Below are positions 18,064-28,499 of a stretch of DNA of 64,000 bases, piece after piece. Each line of letters starts with the position of its first letter. Positions within the stretch are counted from its first letter, which is position 1. This DNA is from Bdellovibrionota bacterium (GTDB lineage: Bacteria > Bdellovibrionota_C > UBA2361 > JAAYZI01). The DNA is taken from NCBI GenBank assembly GCA_050950765.1, contig JBMNIF010000002.1, positions 128,001 to 192,000 on the forward strand. Direction: 5' to 3'. A program made the translations under genes and the position numbers. The notes beneath the pieces were generated by a model, which did not search any database, was not told where the DNA came from, and was given only the letters and a program-made list of their open reading frames with translations.

Positions 18064-19214
18064 TACCAGCTCCCTTTTTCCTTGCTTACTAGGAAATATG
18101 GCACAAGCAGAGAGGCTATAAACGCCTCAAAGACCCCTTTTAGCGGTCTGAGTTGTAATGCTAATATCGTGGAAACCACCGTTATAATTACTAAATACAT
18201 CGGAGGAATCCCCCATTCACAAAACAACAGAAATAAAATCAAAAGCGCCACCAAAATCCCGTACCCCCAAAAGAGGCGTATAACACGACGCATCATTAGG
18301 GAAAGGACGACGCTATTACCACCTTCTGCACAAACGTATCGTAAGAAGAAGCGTAACCACTCCACATTTCCGCGAACTAATCTTAACCTTCGTGCAAATT
18401 CCCGTTTGAGAGGCGGTTGCCGAGTATCATCATAAACTATCAAATTCGCACAATATTTCAATCTAAATTGAGGATTCTGGCACCTAACCGCCATAGGTAA
18501 AACAACATCATCATTCAGCCAGTCTTGATCAGAAAGCAACCTAAACGCCTCTTTTAACACATCTTTTCGATACGCTACGGTGGCACCGTGTGAAGAAACA
18601 GGACCGCCTGCATAATTTTCTAAATTCTTCAGCGACCTTTCTAACTTCCAAGAGATTTTTTCAGCGATTCCAGCATAAGTCTTACAATATGTAGGAAAAA
18701 TTCCTACAAGATCCGGCTCTGCTACGGCGGTTTTTAACAGATTGCTAAGTAGGTCTTCCTGCCAACGCACACCGACATCTGCAAAAACGATCCAATCTGC
18801 CTCTTCTGCCTTTTGCACTAACTCTTTAAGAGTCTTCCATTTTCCATGTCTCGTTTTTAATTCGAGCACTTCAACCTCAAACCCCTTAACAATGGTAAGG
18901 GTATTATCCGTACAATTATCAGTAGCTACACAAACAGAGAATGTAGTGTCTTTAAAAACCGACTTAGCTACTTTAACACTACTAAGGATACTCTCTAACG
19001 TCCCTGCGATACCCTGTTCCTCGTTATGGGCAGGGATTAAAATAGAAACATTACGTAATACAACGTTGCTATTCTTTATTTCTCTATTTTTAATCTCCCC
19101 TTTTTTTATTCTGTAAAGAAACGTCGCTACTAACGGAAAGCAGGCAGTTGAAAGAAAAATAAAAAAAATCCCGTAAAGCAAAAACAGTATGATAAAGAAA
19201 TTTAAGTGCCCCAC
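18063..19214 (-). CDS. Glycosyltransferase family 2
   Basis: LIPAHNEE, DNCTDNT, FAD, NDD and RRLRLVRG motifs with flanking TM segments. Confidence 0.9.
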   Translation of the reverse strand: MGHLNFFIILFLLYGIFFIFLSTACFPLVATFLYRIKKGEIKNREIKNSNVVLRNVSILIPAHNEEQGIAGTLESILSSVKVAKSVFKDTTFSVCVATDNCTDNTLTIVKGFEVEVLELKTRHGKWKTLKELVQKAEEADWIVFADVGVRWQEDLLSNLLKTAVAEPDLVGIFPTYCKTYAGIAEKISWKLERSLKNLENYAGGPVSSHGATVAYRKDVLKEAFRLLSDQDWLNDDVVLPMAVRCQNPQFRLKYCANLIVYDDTRQPPLKREFARRLRLVRGNVEWLRFFLRYVCAEGGNSVVLSLMMRRVIRLFWGYGILVALLILFLLFCEWGIPPMYLVIITVVSTILALQLRPLKGVFEAFIASLLVPYFLVSKEKGSW

Positions 19215-19494
19215 TTCAACACCACTCCGCTAAAAGACCAAATAAGATCTCTTATTTTTATCTCGTAACATTATTCATAATATATTCGGCTAATAGCACC
19301 ACCTTCGACTCTAAATAAAAAAAATCATTTATAAAACAGGAATTTAAGCCATAGCTATATCCTGCTAATTTTATTGATATTTAAACAAAGAAAAGCAGAA
19401 CACAAATTATCTACTAAAGGAAAAGTGTAAAATATACCGATTTAGCACTCACGGAAGCAACAAAACCTAAATCTTTAGATGGGGGGATGAACTC

Positions 19495-21231
19495 ATGCAA
19501 GAAGTAGTAAAAGAATCGAACTACAAACCACGTCAGGAACATTTTATCGGAAGTGTTTTTCAAGTTGGGCTATCATCAATTCAATTTTCTTTCAGTAGCC
19601 TTTCCAACAGTAATAAAAATTCTGAAAACAGAGAAACTCCTTTGACAATACCGACTGATGTCGGTGTTGGTGATTACGTGGTTATTGCCTGCCTAAACCA
19701 CTCCACTTTGGGCCAGATCACAGATATGCAGATCAAGGCTACCTCCACTTCAAACGGAAAGCAGGCTTTACCTATCGCAACCGTCGAACTTTTTGCGAGT
19801 ATGAGTTACGCCGATGGTATGATATCATCCGGAATTAAGGGATCTCCAAAATTATCCGCTCGTGTTTATGTAGCACCTCCGGAACTAATTCAAAGAATCA
19901 CAACAAGTAACTATCAACGCCCCGATGAGGTACAAGATGTTTTGCTAGAAGTCGGTGCTTTGCCCAACCAAGAAGAGACACCCCTCTTCTTCTCTCCCGA
20001 CAGCCTCTTTGGTCGTCATCTCGCCATCGTCGGCACCACAGGTTCCGGTAAAAGCTGGTCCATTGCACGTATTCTGCAAGAAACAGCGAAATTTAACTCT
20101 AAAGTTATTCTGTTTGATGCTAGTGGAGAGTTTTCAGATATGCCTAAAGGAACGATCCACGTCTCAATCGGTTTAGATCCAGATCCACCGAAACACGTCT
20201 ATCAGGTCTCCGTCCCCTATACAGAACTACGCGAAAGTGACCTTTTTGCGATATTTAAACCTACCGGACGAAGTCAATTTCCGAAGTTAAGACAAGCTAT
20301 AAAAAGTTTAAAGTTGGCAAAGCTTGCACCACACATCGCCATCGATGGTCTCATTATAAAAGCACACCGCACAAAACTTGATTACGAAGAGGAGTACCGT
20401 CGCTTTGCTGCTGAACTTGAATCACCTACGGCTAATTTTAACATTCACTGTTTGTCAGAGCAGATTGAAAATGAATGTGTCAATCCGCAACGGAGTCAGT
20501 TGGAAACAGGTACTTGGGGAGGACCCAACAGCGAAGATTTCTCCGATTGTGTACCACTCATCAACCGCATTAACGATATTATACACTCTCCCAACCTATC
20601 CCCCATCTTTAATCCAGGTAAGAAACATTCCCTCTTCACAGTCATCAAGCACTTTTTAACTGATGATTCTCAACGTATTTTACGAATCTCCCTGCAATAC
20701 CTCTCTTTTGATCATAATGCACGTGAGATTATCGCTAATGCTATCGGAAGACACCTTTTGGAGATCGCTCGTAGCGGTTTCTTTAGGCAGCAACCTTTAC
20801 TCGTTGTAGTTGATGAAGCACATCAATTCTTAAATGATAATATCTTAACGGGTGGACATTTCCCCCTTGATTCATTCGGTTTTATTGCAAAAGAAGGGCG
20901 TAAATACGCTATCAATATCTGCTTAGCAACTCAACGTCCTCGCGATATTCCAGAAGGGGTAATAAGTCAGATGGGCACCTTAATAGTCCATAGACTAATC
21001 AATGACCACGATAGACAACTGATAGAACGCGCCTCTGCTTCTATGGATCACAACACGGCAGAGAGTATCCCTGTGCTCGCTCCAGGTGATGCTATTATTC
21101 TAGGTGTTAACTTCCCCATCCCACTTTTAATGAAGATTACACCACCACAAAATAGACCAAACTCCAGAGGCCCTGAATATCAAAAGTTCTGGAGAAAAAC
21201 TAAACCCGAAGTAAAAACAGAGTTGGAGTAG
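19495..21231 (+). CDS. HerA-like ATPase (HAS barrel plus FtsK/HerA P-loop)
   Basis: RHLAIVGTTGSGKS Walker A, VVVDEAHQF Walker B, AKEGRKY, ATQRP and HRLINDHD motifs. Confidence 0.9.
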   Translation: MQEVVKESNYKPRQEHFIGSVFQVGLSSIQFSFSSLSNSNKNSENRETPLTIPTDVGVGDYVVIACLNHSTLGQITDMQIKATSTSNGKQALPIATVELFASMSYADGMISSGIKGSPKLSARVYVAPPELIQRITTSNYQRPDEVQDVLLEVGALPNQEETPLFFSPDSLFGRHLAIVGTTGSGKSWSIARILQETAKFNSKVILFDASGEFSDMPKGTIHVSIGLDPDPPKHVYQVSVPYTELRESDLFAIFKPTGRSQFPKLRQAIKSLKLAKLAPHIAIDGLIIKAHRTKLDYEEEYRRFAAELESPTANFNIHCLSEQIENECVNPQRSQLETGTWGGPNSEDFSDCVPLINRINDIIHSPNLSPIFNPGKKHSLFTVIKHFLTDDSQRILRISLQYLSFDHNAREIIANAIGRHLLEIARSGFFRQQPLLVVVDEAHQFLNDNILTGGHFPLDSFGFIAKEGRKYAINICLATQRPRDIPEGVISQMGTLIVHRLINDHDRQLIERASASMDHNTAESIPVLAPGDAIILGVNFPIPLLMKITPPQNRPNSRGPEYQKFWRKTKPEVKTELE

Positions 21232-21237
21232 CCTGCT

Positions 21238-21765
21238 TTTTTACCTCCGTAAAGATCTAGCTAGTTTTGTCTTCAGTTACAGCCCGTCCTAGCGGCACTG
21301 GTGGGTGGCACCAAATTCGCCAAACCGTCAAAGCGGCAAAAAAGAAGGGTGGCACCAAATTCGCCAAATGCCAAGCTTTTGCTAACATCTTAATATTATT
21401 GACTATTGTAAATTTAGAGTCTTGTAGCACTGAAGGGTGGCACCAGCGTCTAGCAATTAGGACACCCCCCTTTAACTGAAGGGTGGCACCAAATTCATCC
21501 AGTCGCCCAAGCCGTCAAAGCGGCAAAAAAGAAGGGTGGCACCAAATTCGCCAAATGCTAAACTTTTGCTAACATCTTGATATTATTGACTATCCTAATT
21601 TTAGAGTCTTGTAGCACTGAAGGGTGGCACCAAATTCGCCAAATTCGCCAAATCCAAAATCTGCCCAAACTGGTGGGTGGCACCAATTTTTTAACCTCCG
21701 TAAAGATCTAGCTGGCTCTGTCTTCAGTCGCAGCCCGCTCAACCGTTACTGGTGGGTGGCGCCAG
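21238..21765 (+). repeat. Mosaic GGGTGGCACC-core repeat array A
   Basis: Core at 21303, 21347, 21435, 21481, 21534, 21622, 21675 and variant GGGTGGCGCC at 21754, separated by recurring modules. Confidence 0.95.
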
Positions 21766-24700
21766 AACTGCCACTTTTTTTACCTTTCAACTTTTCAATA
21801 ATATAAAAAGAGCACGGGATAACAAAGATAGCGATAAATGATGCTGCTAACATACCTGCAATAACCGTAGTTCCCAAGATCTGCCTTGAAATAGCACCCG
21901 CTCCAGAAGCTATCGCTAGCGGTACACACCCCAATATAAAAGCAAAAGATGTCATTAGAATAGGTCTTAAGCGTAACGATGCTGCTGTTAAGGCTGCATC
22001 CAAAATTGATTTACCGGATTCCTTCTCTGCTTTGGCATATTCAACGATCAAAATGGCGTTCTTAGCAGCTAAACCGATTAAAACCACCATCCCGATCTGA
22101 GCATAAAGATTATTTTCCATTGCACGCAACCACAAGCCGAAGAACGCTCCGAAGATCGCAATAGGGATCCCTAACAAAACGCTAAACGGCAGAGACCAAC
22201 TTTCATACAAAGCCGCTAGTAGTAGAAAAACAAAGAAGAATGAGAAGGCGTAAATCATCACAGGTGAAATACCTTCTTGAGCTTCTTTTTCCTGGAATGA
22301 CATACCTGAATAATCAAAACCCATTCCATCATTAGGATCTATTGCCTCTTTAAAAACCTCCTCAAGCGCTTGCATAACTTGAGTTGAAGTATATCCCGCA
22401 TTCGGCATAGCATTAATTTGCGCGCTTCTGTAAAGATTGTGTCTTAATGTAAACTCAGGTCCATACTTCATTTCAGATTTACTAATAGCAGAGAGTGGCA
22501 CCGCCTCGCCCGCACCATTACGCACATAAAAGTGGTTAAGGTGTTTTATATCAGTACGGTACTCACCTGCCGCTTGCAGATAAACCTGCCACTGTCGACC
22601 GAACTCATTATAATAGTTAATCATTGAACCGCCCATAAAGACCTGCAACGTTTGATAGACCTGCGTTAGATCTATCCCCTGTTTAAGGACTTTATCTCTA
22701 TCAATAGTTGTAAAGATCTGCGGAACTTTGGCAGCTAACGTTGTGCTGATATGTTTAATTTCCGGACGTTTTTCAGCAGCTGCTAAAAACTTAGCCGTCC
22801 TATCAGCAAGAAAGTCTATATCTTTACCGGCGCGGTCTTCTAACAACATAGTAACACCACTGGAAGAACCGATCCCTGGGATAGCAGGTGGCGAAAACGC
22901 CAGCGCACTGCTTAGATGCCACTTTTTCTGAAATTTCAACAAGCCGCTATTAACCGTTTTAAGGATAGCATTATATTTTTCCTCACGATCCTTGCGCTCC
23001 CCCCATTCTTTCAGAGATATAAAATAAAATCCGGCGTATGTACTACTAACGCCACTAAGCATGCTGAAACCTCTAACGGCAGTGACATACTCAACACCTG
23101 GAACATTAACCAAAAACTCTTCAACCTCTTTTGAAACCTCTTCCGTCCTCTGTAATGATGATGCTGGTGGTAGCATCATATTAACAAAGAAATAACCTTG
23201 ATCTTCTTCAGGTAAAAATCCAGGAGATAAACGAGAATTTAAAAATCCAGCACCACCCCCTAATAATGCTATCAATAAGAGCGCCAGAACACTCCTTCTA
23301 ATCAAGATATGACAAACATTAACGTAGCCGTTTGTCACCACACCAAAACACCTATTAAACCAAGCAAAAAACTTCGCTAACACCCCGTGATCTTCTTTTT
23401 TAGGACGAAGTAGGAGCACTGCTAAAGCGGGGCTAAGTGTCAACGCATTAAAAGCAGACAAGAGGGTGGAAACAGAGATCGTCACAGCAAATTGCTGATA
23501 AAGCCTTCCTGTAATGCCTGGAATAAAAATAGTTGGAACAAATACAGATACAAGAATCAAAGCGATAGCGACAACTGGCCCTGAAACCGCATTCATCGCT
23601 TTAAGAGTCGCATCCTTAGGCGAAAGCCCTTCTTCGATATTCTTCTCAACAGCTTCAACCACCACAATAGCATCATCAACAACAATACCGATGGCTAACA
23701 CCAACCCAAAAAGAGAGAGGGTATTTACTGAAAATCCAAACAATGGAAACACAGCAAAGGTACCAATTAACGAGACGGGCACCGCTAGCAACGGAATCAG
23801 TGTAGCTCTAAAACTTTGCAGAAAGATAAATACCACAAAGATGACCAAGAGGATCGCTTCAAAGAGGGTGGTCTTTATCTCTTTTAAACCTTCAGTAATT
23901 GCTAAGGTCGTATCAAGTGGAATGTAATATTTAACGCCATCAGGAAATTTGTAATTTTTAAGAAACTCTCTGATCTTTTTTGCAGATTCTACCGCATTAG
24001 TTCCAGGGAGTTGATAGAGAGCAATAGTTGCTGCCGTCTCTCCATTTAGATTGCTTGAGATATTATACGCTTGAGCACCACGCTCTATGGATGCCACATC
24101 TTTAAGCCGTACAACGGAACCGTCCTCTTTGGCTCTGATAATAATATCCTCAAACTCTGCACTACTAACTAAACGCCCCTGTGTGCGTAACGTATAAGTA
24201 TTCTGCTGTCCTTCAGGAACAGGTTCCGCACCAACCGACCCAACAGGATTAACTTTATTTTGAGATTTTACCGCCGACATCACTTCAGAAACAGTTATAT
24301 TATAACGTGCCAAATCATTCGGTCTTAACCAGATACGCATGGCGTATTGCCCTGCTCCGAAAACAGAGATCTGCCCTACCCCAGGTATACGTAACAAGGC
24401 ATCGTTTAAGAAAATAAAGGCGTGGTTGGCTAAAAAATTACTATCAATCTGCTTATTATTTTTATCGGCAGACACTAATGAAATAAGCATCAACGGCGAT
24501 GAGGTCGACTTAACTACTGAGACACCGTAATTCGTAACGTCTGACGGCAACATTGAAGTAGCTTGTCCTTGTCGCATCTGAGTAAGAAGCTGGTCAGTAT
24601 TAGGATCACTCCCGATAGCAAAATTAACCTTCATGCTCATTCTGCCATCATTTGAATTTAACGATTCCACATAATTCATGTGGTCAACACCACTAATCTG

Positions 24701-24901
24701 CTGCTCAATCGGAGTTGCAACAGATTGCTCAACCGTTAAAGCATCAGCTCCAACGTAAAATGTTGAAACATTAATCTCCGGCGGCACAATATCAGGATAC
24801 TGCGCAACAGGCAGCTGCACATAAGAAACAATACCCGCTAGAACCACGATAATTGAAATAACCATGGCGACGATCGGGCGATTGATAAAAAATTTAGACA
24901 T
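21746..24901 (-). CDS. RND efflux permease (AcrB/BepE-like, HAE1 family)
   Basis: [38 protein letters not shown] and RLRPILMTS motifs; 1051 aa. Confidence 0.97.
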   Translation of the reverse strand: MSKFFINRPIVAMVISIIVVLAGIVSYVQLPVAQYPDIVPPEINVSTFYVGADALTVEQSVATPIEQQISGVDHMNYVESLNSNDGRMSMKVNFAIGSDPNTDQLLTQMRQGQATSMLPSDVTNYGVSVVKSTSSPLMLISLVSADKNNKQIDSNFLANHAFIFLNDALLRIPGVGQISVFGAGQYAMRIWLRPNDLARYNITVSEVMSAVKSQNKVNPVGSVGAEPVPEGQQNTYTLRTQGRLVSSAEFEDIIIRAKEDGSVVRLKDVASIERGAQAYNISSNLNGETAATIALYQLPGTNAVESAKKIREFLKNYKFPDGVKYYIPLDTTLAITEGLKEIKTTLFEAILLVIFVVFIFLQSFRATLIPLLAVPVSLIGTFAVFPLFGFSVNTLSLFGLVLAIGIVVDDAIVVVEAVEKNIEEGLSPKDATLKAMNAVSGPVVAIALILVSVFVPTIFIPGITGRLYQQFAVTISVSTLLSAFNALTLSPALAVLLLRPKKEDHGVLAKFFAWFNRCFGVVTNGYVNVCHILIRRSVLALLLIALLGGGAGFLNSRLSPGFLPEEDQGYFFVNMMLPPASSLQRTEEVSKEVEEFLVNVPGVEYVTAVRGFSMLSGVSSTYAGFYFISLKEWGERKDREEKYNAILKTVNSGLLKFQKKWHLSSALAFSPPAIPGIGSSSGVTMLLEDRAGKDIDFLADRTAKFLAAAEKRPEIKHISTTLAAKVPQIFTTIDRDKVLKQGIDLTQVYQTLQVFMGGSMINYYNEFGRQWQVYLQAAGEYRTDIKHLNHFYVRNGAGEAVPLSAISKSEMKYGPEFTLRHNLYRSAQINAMPNAGYTSTQVMQALEEVFKEAIDPNDGMGFDYSGMSFQEKEAQEGISPVMIYAFSFFFVFLLLAALYESWSLPFSVLLGIPIAIFGAFFGLWLRAMENNLYAQIGMVVLIGLAAKNAILIVEYAKAEKESGKSILDAALTAASLRLRPILMTSFAFILGCVPLAIASGAGAISRQILGTTVIAGMLAASFIAIFVIPCSFYIIEKLKGKKSGSSGATHQ

Positions 24902-24927
24902 ACCTTAATTCCACGCTAACTAAATCT

Positions 24928-25058
24928 AAAAATTTTTTTCCTCTACTACTACTAAAAACAGATCGGTAAAAAACCTCCTTTCCTCTATTACTGTTAAAAA
25001 TTAAACGACAAAAAACTCTCTTTTCCCTCTACTACTGTTAAAAACAGAGTGATTAAAA
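24928..25058. repeat. Three imperfect 42-44-bp tandem repeats
   Basis: CCTCTAYTACTRYTAAAAA at 24940, 24982 and 25026 between the RND adaptor and permease genes. Confidence 0.7.
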
Positions 25059-25072
25059 AAGAGGCGCTGCTT

Positions 25073-26242
25073 CTATTGTGCCTTAGCACCTTCGGTATCT
25101 TCTACAACCTCCACCTTCATACCGGCTGCAATATTTCTAACACCGTCAACAATTACCCTATCCTCCGGCTGCAACCCCTCTTTTATGATCTGCATATCTT
25201 CAAAGGTATCCCCCTTTACCACCGTTTTTACAGAAACTGTGCCATCAGATTCGACCACAGGAATTTGAAAGATCCCTTGCACCTCTGAGATAACTTTTTT
25301 TGGAACGAGCATGGAGTTCTTCTCAGTTTTCACAACGGCGTGCACCCGTGCATACATTCCAGGACGCAATATATGATCCTTATTGGGGAAAAGTGCCGCT
25401 ACCTTCAACGTGCCTGTATTAGGATCGATCTGTCTATCTGCGAAAGCGAATAAACCTGTTTCGGGATACTCAACATCTCCTGCCAAGATAAGTTTTAACT
25501 TAATCCTTTCTTTATTAGGTTTCCCCGTAGCAGCCTCTTTATCCAAAACTGTTTTAAGGTATTGCTGTTCAGTAATAGGAATATAAACCCTGACCGGATC
25601 CATCGAAGAGACAGTTGTTAATTCTGCACTAGCGATACTTCCAACCAGATCTCCGATCTGTGCCTTTGCAACTCCCGCTAAACCATCAATGGGCGCGACA
25701 ACTTTAGTAAAATCTAGATTAAGTTGTGCTGCATCAACAGCTGCCTTAGCCGCTGTTACCTGTGCTGAGCTACTCTGCTCTGCTCCTTTAGCATTATCAA
25801 GATCCCTTTTACTAACGGCGTTAATTTCAGCTAAGGGAGTGATCTTTTCCAGATCAGCTTTAGCAGCCATCCAAACAGCTTCTGCTTTTTTATACTCGCT
25901 TTGCGCTTTTTCAAGAGCAGCTTGAAAAGGACGTGGATCAATCTCAAAGAGCACCTCCCCTTTTTTTACGAAGCTGCCCTCCTTATAATTTTGCTTAATC
26001 AGATACCCCTCAACCTGCGCTCGAATCGTGGCGTTAGTATTACCCTCAATAGTTGCCATCCACTCCGCCTCAATCGGCACATCTTTAACGATAACTTTTT
26101 GTACTTTTACCTTAGGAAGTTCCAGCGATACCTCTTTATCTTCTGAACACGATACTAAAGAAAATAAGGCAGCACTAAAAAATACCACCTTTACACACCC
26201 TAAGTAACTATCACCCAACATAGTTTCCCCCCGATAGATCAA
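25073..26242 (-). CDS. RND efflux periplasmic adaptor (membrane fusion protein)
   Basis: IRAQVEGYL, EGSFVKKGEVLFEIDP, APIDG and LRPGMYARV motifs; lipobox-like LVSC; true start may be a few codons downstream. Confidence 0.95.
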   Translation of the reverse strand: MIYRGETMLGDSYLGCVKVVFFSAALFSLVSCSEDKEVSLELPKVKVQKVIVKDVPIEAEWMATIEGNTNATIRAQVEGYLIKQNYKEGSFVKKGEVLFEIDPRPFQAALEKAQSEYKKAEAVWMAAKADLEKITPLAEINAVSKRDLDNAKGAEQSSSAQVTAAKAAVDAAQLNLDFTKVVAPIDGLAGVAKAQIGDLVGSIASAELTTVSSMDPVRVYIPITEQQYLKTVLDKEAATGKPNKERIKLKLILAGDVEYPETGLFAFADRQIDPNTGTLKVAALFPNKDHILRPGMYARVHAVVKTEKNSMLVPKKVISEVQGIFQIPVVESDGTVSVKTVVKGDTFEDMQIIKEGLQPEDRVIVDGVRNIAAGMKVEVVEDTEGAKAQ

Positions 26243-26477
26243 AACAAGGTAGAGATCCTCACAACTTTTGACGGTTTATAACAACATCTCAACTTTCGGG
26301 ATAGTAAAAAAATCGTGTTTCGATGAGAAGTTACAATTGTCGAGGAGGAAAATAGTATATTGCCGAAAGTGGCGCTGCATGCTACTCATGCTGCTAAGCA
26401 GCAAGGTGTTTATCTTATCGAATTTCGTCTATTACTTAGCTTTGCTTTTTCTTTTTTGTTTTTTAAAGAGGTTCATC

Positions 26478-28352
26478 ATGCGTAGTCGTATTTATTTATC
26501 TATCCCAAAGAATCTTTTATTAATCGGCGCTGTCTCTCTTTTTTCACTCTCCTCAGCTAACGCTATTACCCTTGAAAAGTGGGAGACACCTTACAATATA
26601 AACCCACTTGAAATTCAGGATAAGGTTAGCGGTTCCCCCATTGAGAGGCAACAAGGAATCGCAAGTAGTACCTCAATAGGAAACGCCAGACGCACCTATA
26701 TAAAGAAAACAGCAGGTGAAGCTGGCGATTCTTTAAAGGTAAATATCCAACAAGGTCAATTTAGTCACAGTTTAGATTCCAACGTAACAGGTACTTCACA
26801 AACGATCTGGGACGGCACCTCTGCACCAAACGGTACGGTCGTAGACCATACCGGTTTTAATGGAATTGACTTCACTTTAGACGGTGGTAACGCTATTATT
26901 TTAAATATTACGAACACTGATCTTATCCTAAATACTGGTAAAATCGTTTTAAGTGTTTATACCACTACTGGAGATAGGTTTGATTATACCTTTTCTACGG
27001 TTGATGCCCAAAATTATGTTGATAATGATAATAACAATAAAACGTTTTTCTTGACCATACCGTTTACTGAATTCGCGTTAACATCCGGAACAAATGCAAC
27101 AGCAGCTGATTTTAAAAAGGTAGGTGCTATATCTCTTACAGTTGACGGAGAAAGCTCAGATCTTGATGTAACACTTACCTCTTTAACAACTAACGGCAGT
27201 TGCACAAATTTTGTTCCAACAGCGCCGTACGTTATGGGTCACGCTTCAGAAGAGGCAAAAAATAAAGGTGAGGCGATGATCTGTTGCTTAGAAACAGATC
27301 TCGATCAATGTGGTATCTGTGGTGGAGATGACAGCAGTTGTTCAGATTGTCGTGGCATACCGAATGGTGACTGGACACTGGATGCTTGCAGAAAGTGTTT
27401 AGCGCCAGATGATCCAACAAGAGATACTAACTGCACTGATTGTGCTGGGATCCCTAACGGTTTCACGAAAAAAGACCTTTGTGGCGAATGTGAACTTAAT
27501 CCTGATGGCTCCCCCAATCCGAACTATAATACGATGAATTGCTGGACTAAGGATTGCAAAGGAGTACCAGGGGGAGGTGCTTGGATTGATGCCTGCGGAG
27601 TTTGTAACGGAGACGGCTGGTCTTGTAGGGATTGCGCTGGAACGATTGCAGGAACAGCAAAAGTTGATGATTGTGGTGTTTGTGATGGAGGAAATAAGGC
27701 AAAAGATAAGTGCGGTGTCTGTTTCGGTGATAATAAATCTTGTGCAGATTGTGCCGGTCAGCCTTATGGTAAATTTAAATTAGATGATTGCGGTGTCTGC
27801 CTTGACCCGTATTCTCCAGAGTGGAACACGGGAGCAAGCGTTTTTGGTTGTTCAGTTCAAACGAATGCTGCTCAGTTGGATGATGTAGATAAATGGATCA
27901 CTCAACAGAGAAAGCAATTAAGTAAGATGTTAAGAAATAAGAGCGACTGCCGAACGGATAAAAGGAAAAGACGACTTAATTCAAAAGCCCTCTCTGTCTT
28001 AAGGAGTGCTAGAGCAACTATCAAAAATTATCCCATAACTGTTACCTCTTGCTCAAATGCCTCTGATGAGTATTGTGTAACGTCTTCACTGGCGGCAGAT
28101 AATTCCTCACTAACAGATGCCTCAGAAGACCTCTTAAAACAGACCAGAGCAGCTATTAGGGCGAGGAAGAGGTGTATTGCGAATAGTAAAACTCCGTGCG
28201 AAAGAGTGGAGGGTTGTTTAGATCGTTTGAAAAAACGGCTGGCGCTACTAAGGCGTGATAGAAGGGATTCTAGAGAGCTGCGCGACAACTCTTTAGTCAG
28301 TATCAGTAACTTACCTTATGAGAACCACTATTGTTCTTGTATTAAAAAATAA
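26478..28352 (+). CDS. Secreted cysteine-rich repeat protein (DxCGVCxG repeats)
   Basis: ATG at 26478 with GAGG RBS and signal peptide; repeated DQCGICGGD / DACGVCNGD / DDCGVCDGG / DKCGVCFGD units; basic helical C-terminus. Confidence 0.8.
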   Translation: MRSRIYLSIPKNLLLIGAVSLFSLSSANAITLEKWETPYNINPLEIQDKVSGSPIERQQGIASSTSIGNARRTYIKKTAGEAGDSLKVNIQQGQFSHSLDSNVTGTSQTIWDGTSAPNGTVVDHTGFNGIDFTLDGGNAIILNITNTDLILNTGKIVLSVYTTTGDRFDYTFSTVDAQNYVDNDNNNKTFFLTIPFTEFALTSGTNATAADFKKVGAISLTVDGESSDLDVTLTSLTTNGSCTNFVPTAPYVMGHASEEAKNKGEAMICCLETDLDQCGICGGDDSSCSDCRGIPNGDWTLDACRKCLAPDDPTRDTNCTDCAGIPNGFTKKDLCGECELNPDGSPNPNYNTMNCWTKDCKGVPGGGAWIDACGVCNGDGWSCRDCAGTIAGTAKVDDCGVCDGGNKAKDKCGVCFGDNKSCADCAGQPYGKFKLDDCGVCLDPYSPEWNTGASVFGCSVQTNAAQLDDVDKWITQQRKQLSKMLRNKSDCRTDKRKRRLNSKALSVLRSARATIKNYPITVTSCSNASDEYCVTSSLAADNSSLTDASEDLLKQTRAAIRARKRCIANSKTPCERVEGCLDRLKKRLALLRRDRRDSRELRDNSLVSISNLPYENHYCSCIKK

Positions 28353-28380
28353 CTCTTTATTCCTTATAAATATTTTTCTA

Positions 28381-28409
28381 AAGGAGCTTCTTAGGAAGCT
28401 CCTTTTTTT
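28381..28409. terminator. Intrinsic terminator between convergent genes
   Basis: AAGGAGCTTC-TTAG-GAAGCTCCTT followed by a T-run. Confidence 0.85.
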
Positions 28410-28499
28410 ACCATTCTTTTACCAATAGTAAGGTGTATAGTTTAAAAACTTAAGAGAGGCTAGTGAGGTAGAGAGCTTCTTTTAGCAACTTATATTATT

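Noticed and set aside
26268..26477. N-terminal extension of the Cys-rich ORF in the ORF track
   Set aside because: The ATG at 26478 has an RBS and is followed by a signal peptide, so it is the more plausible start
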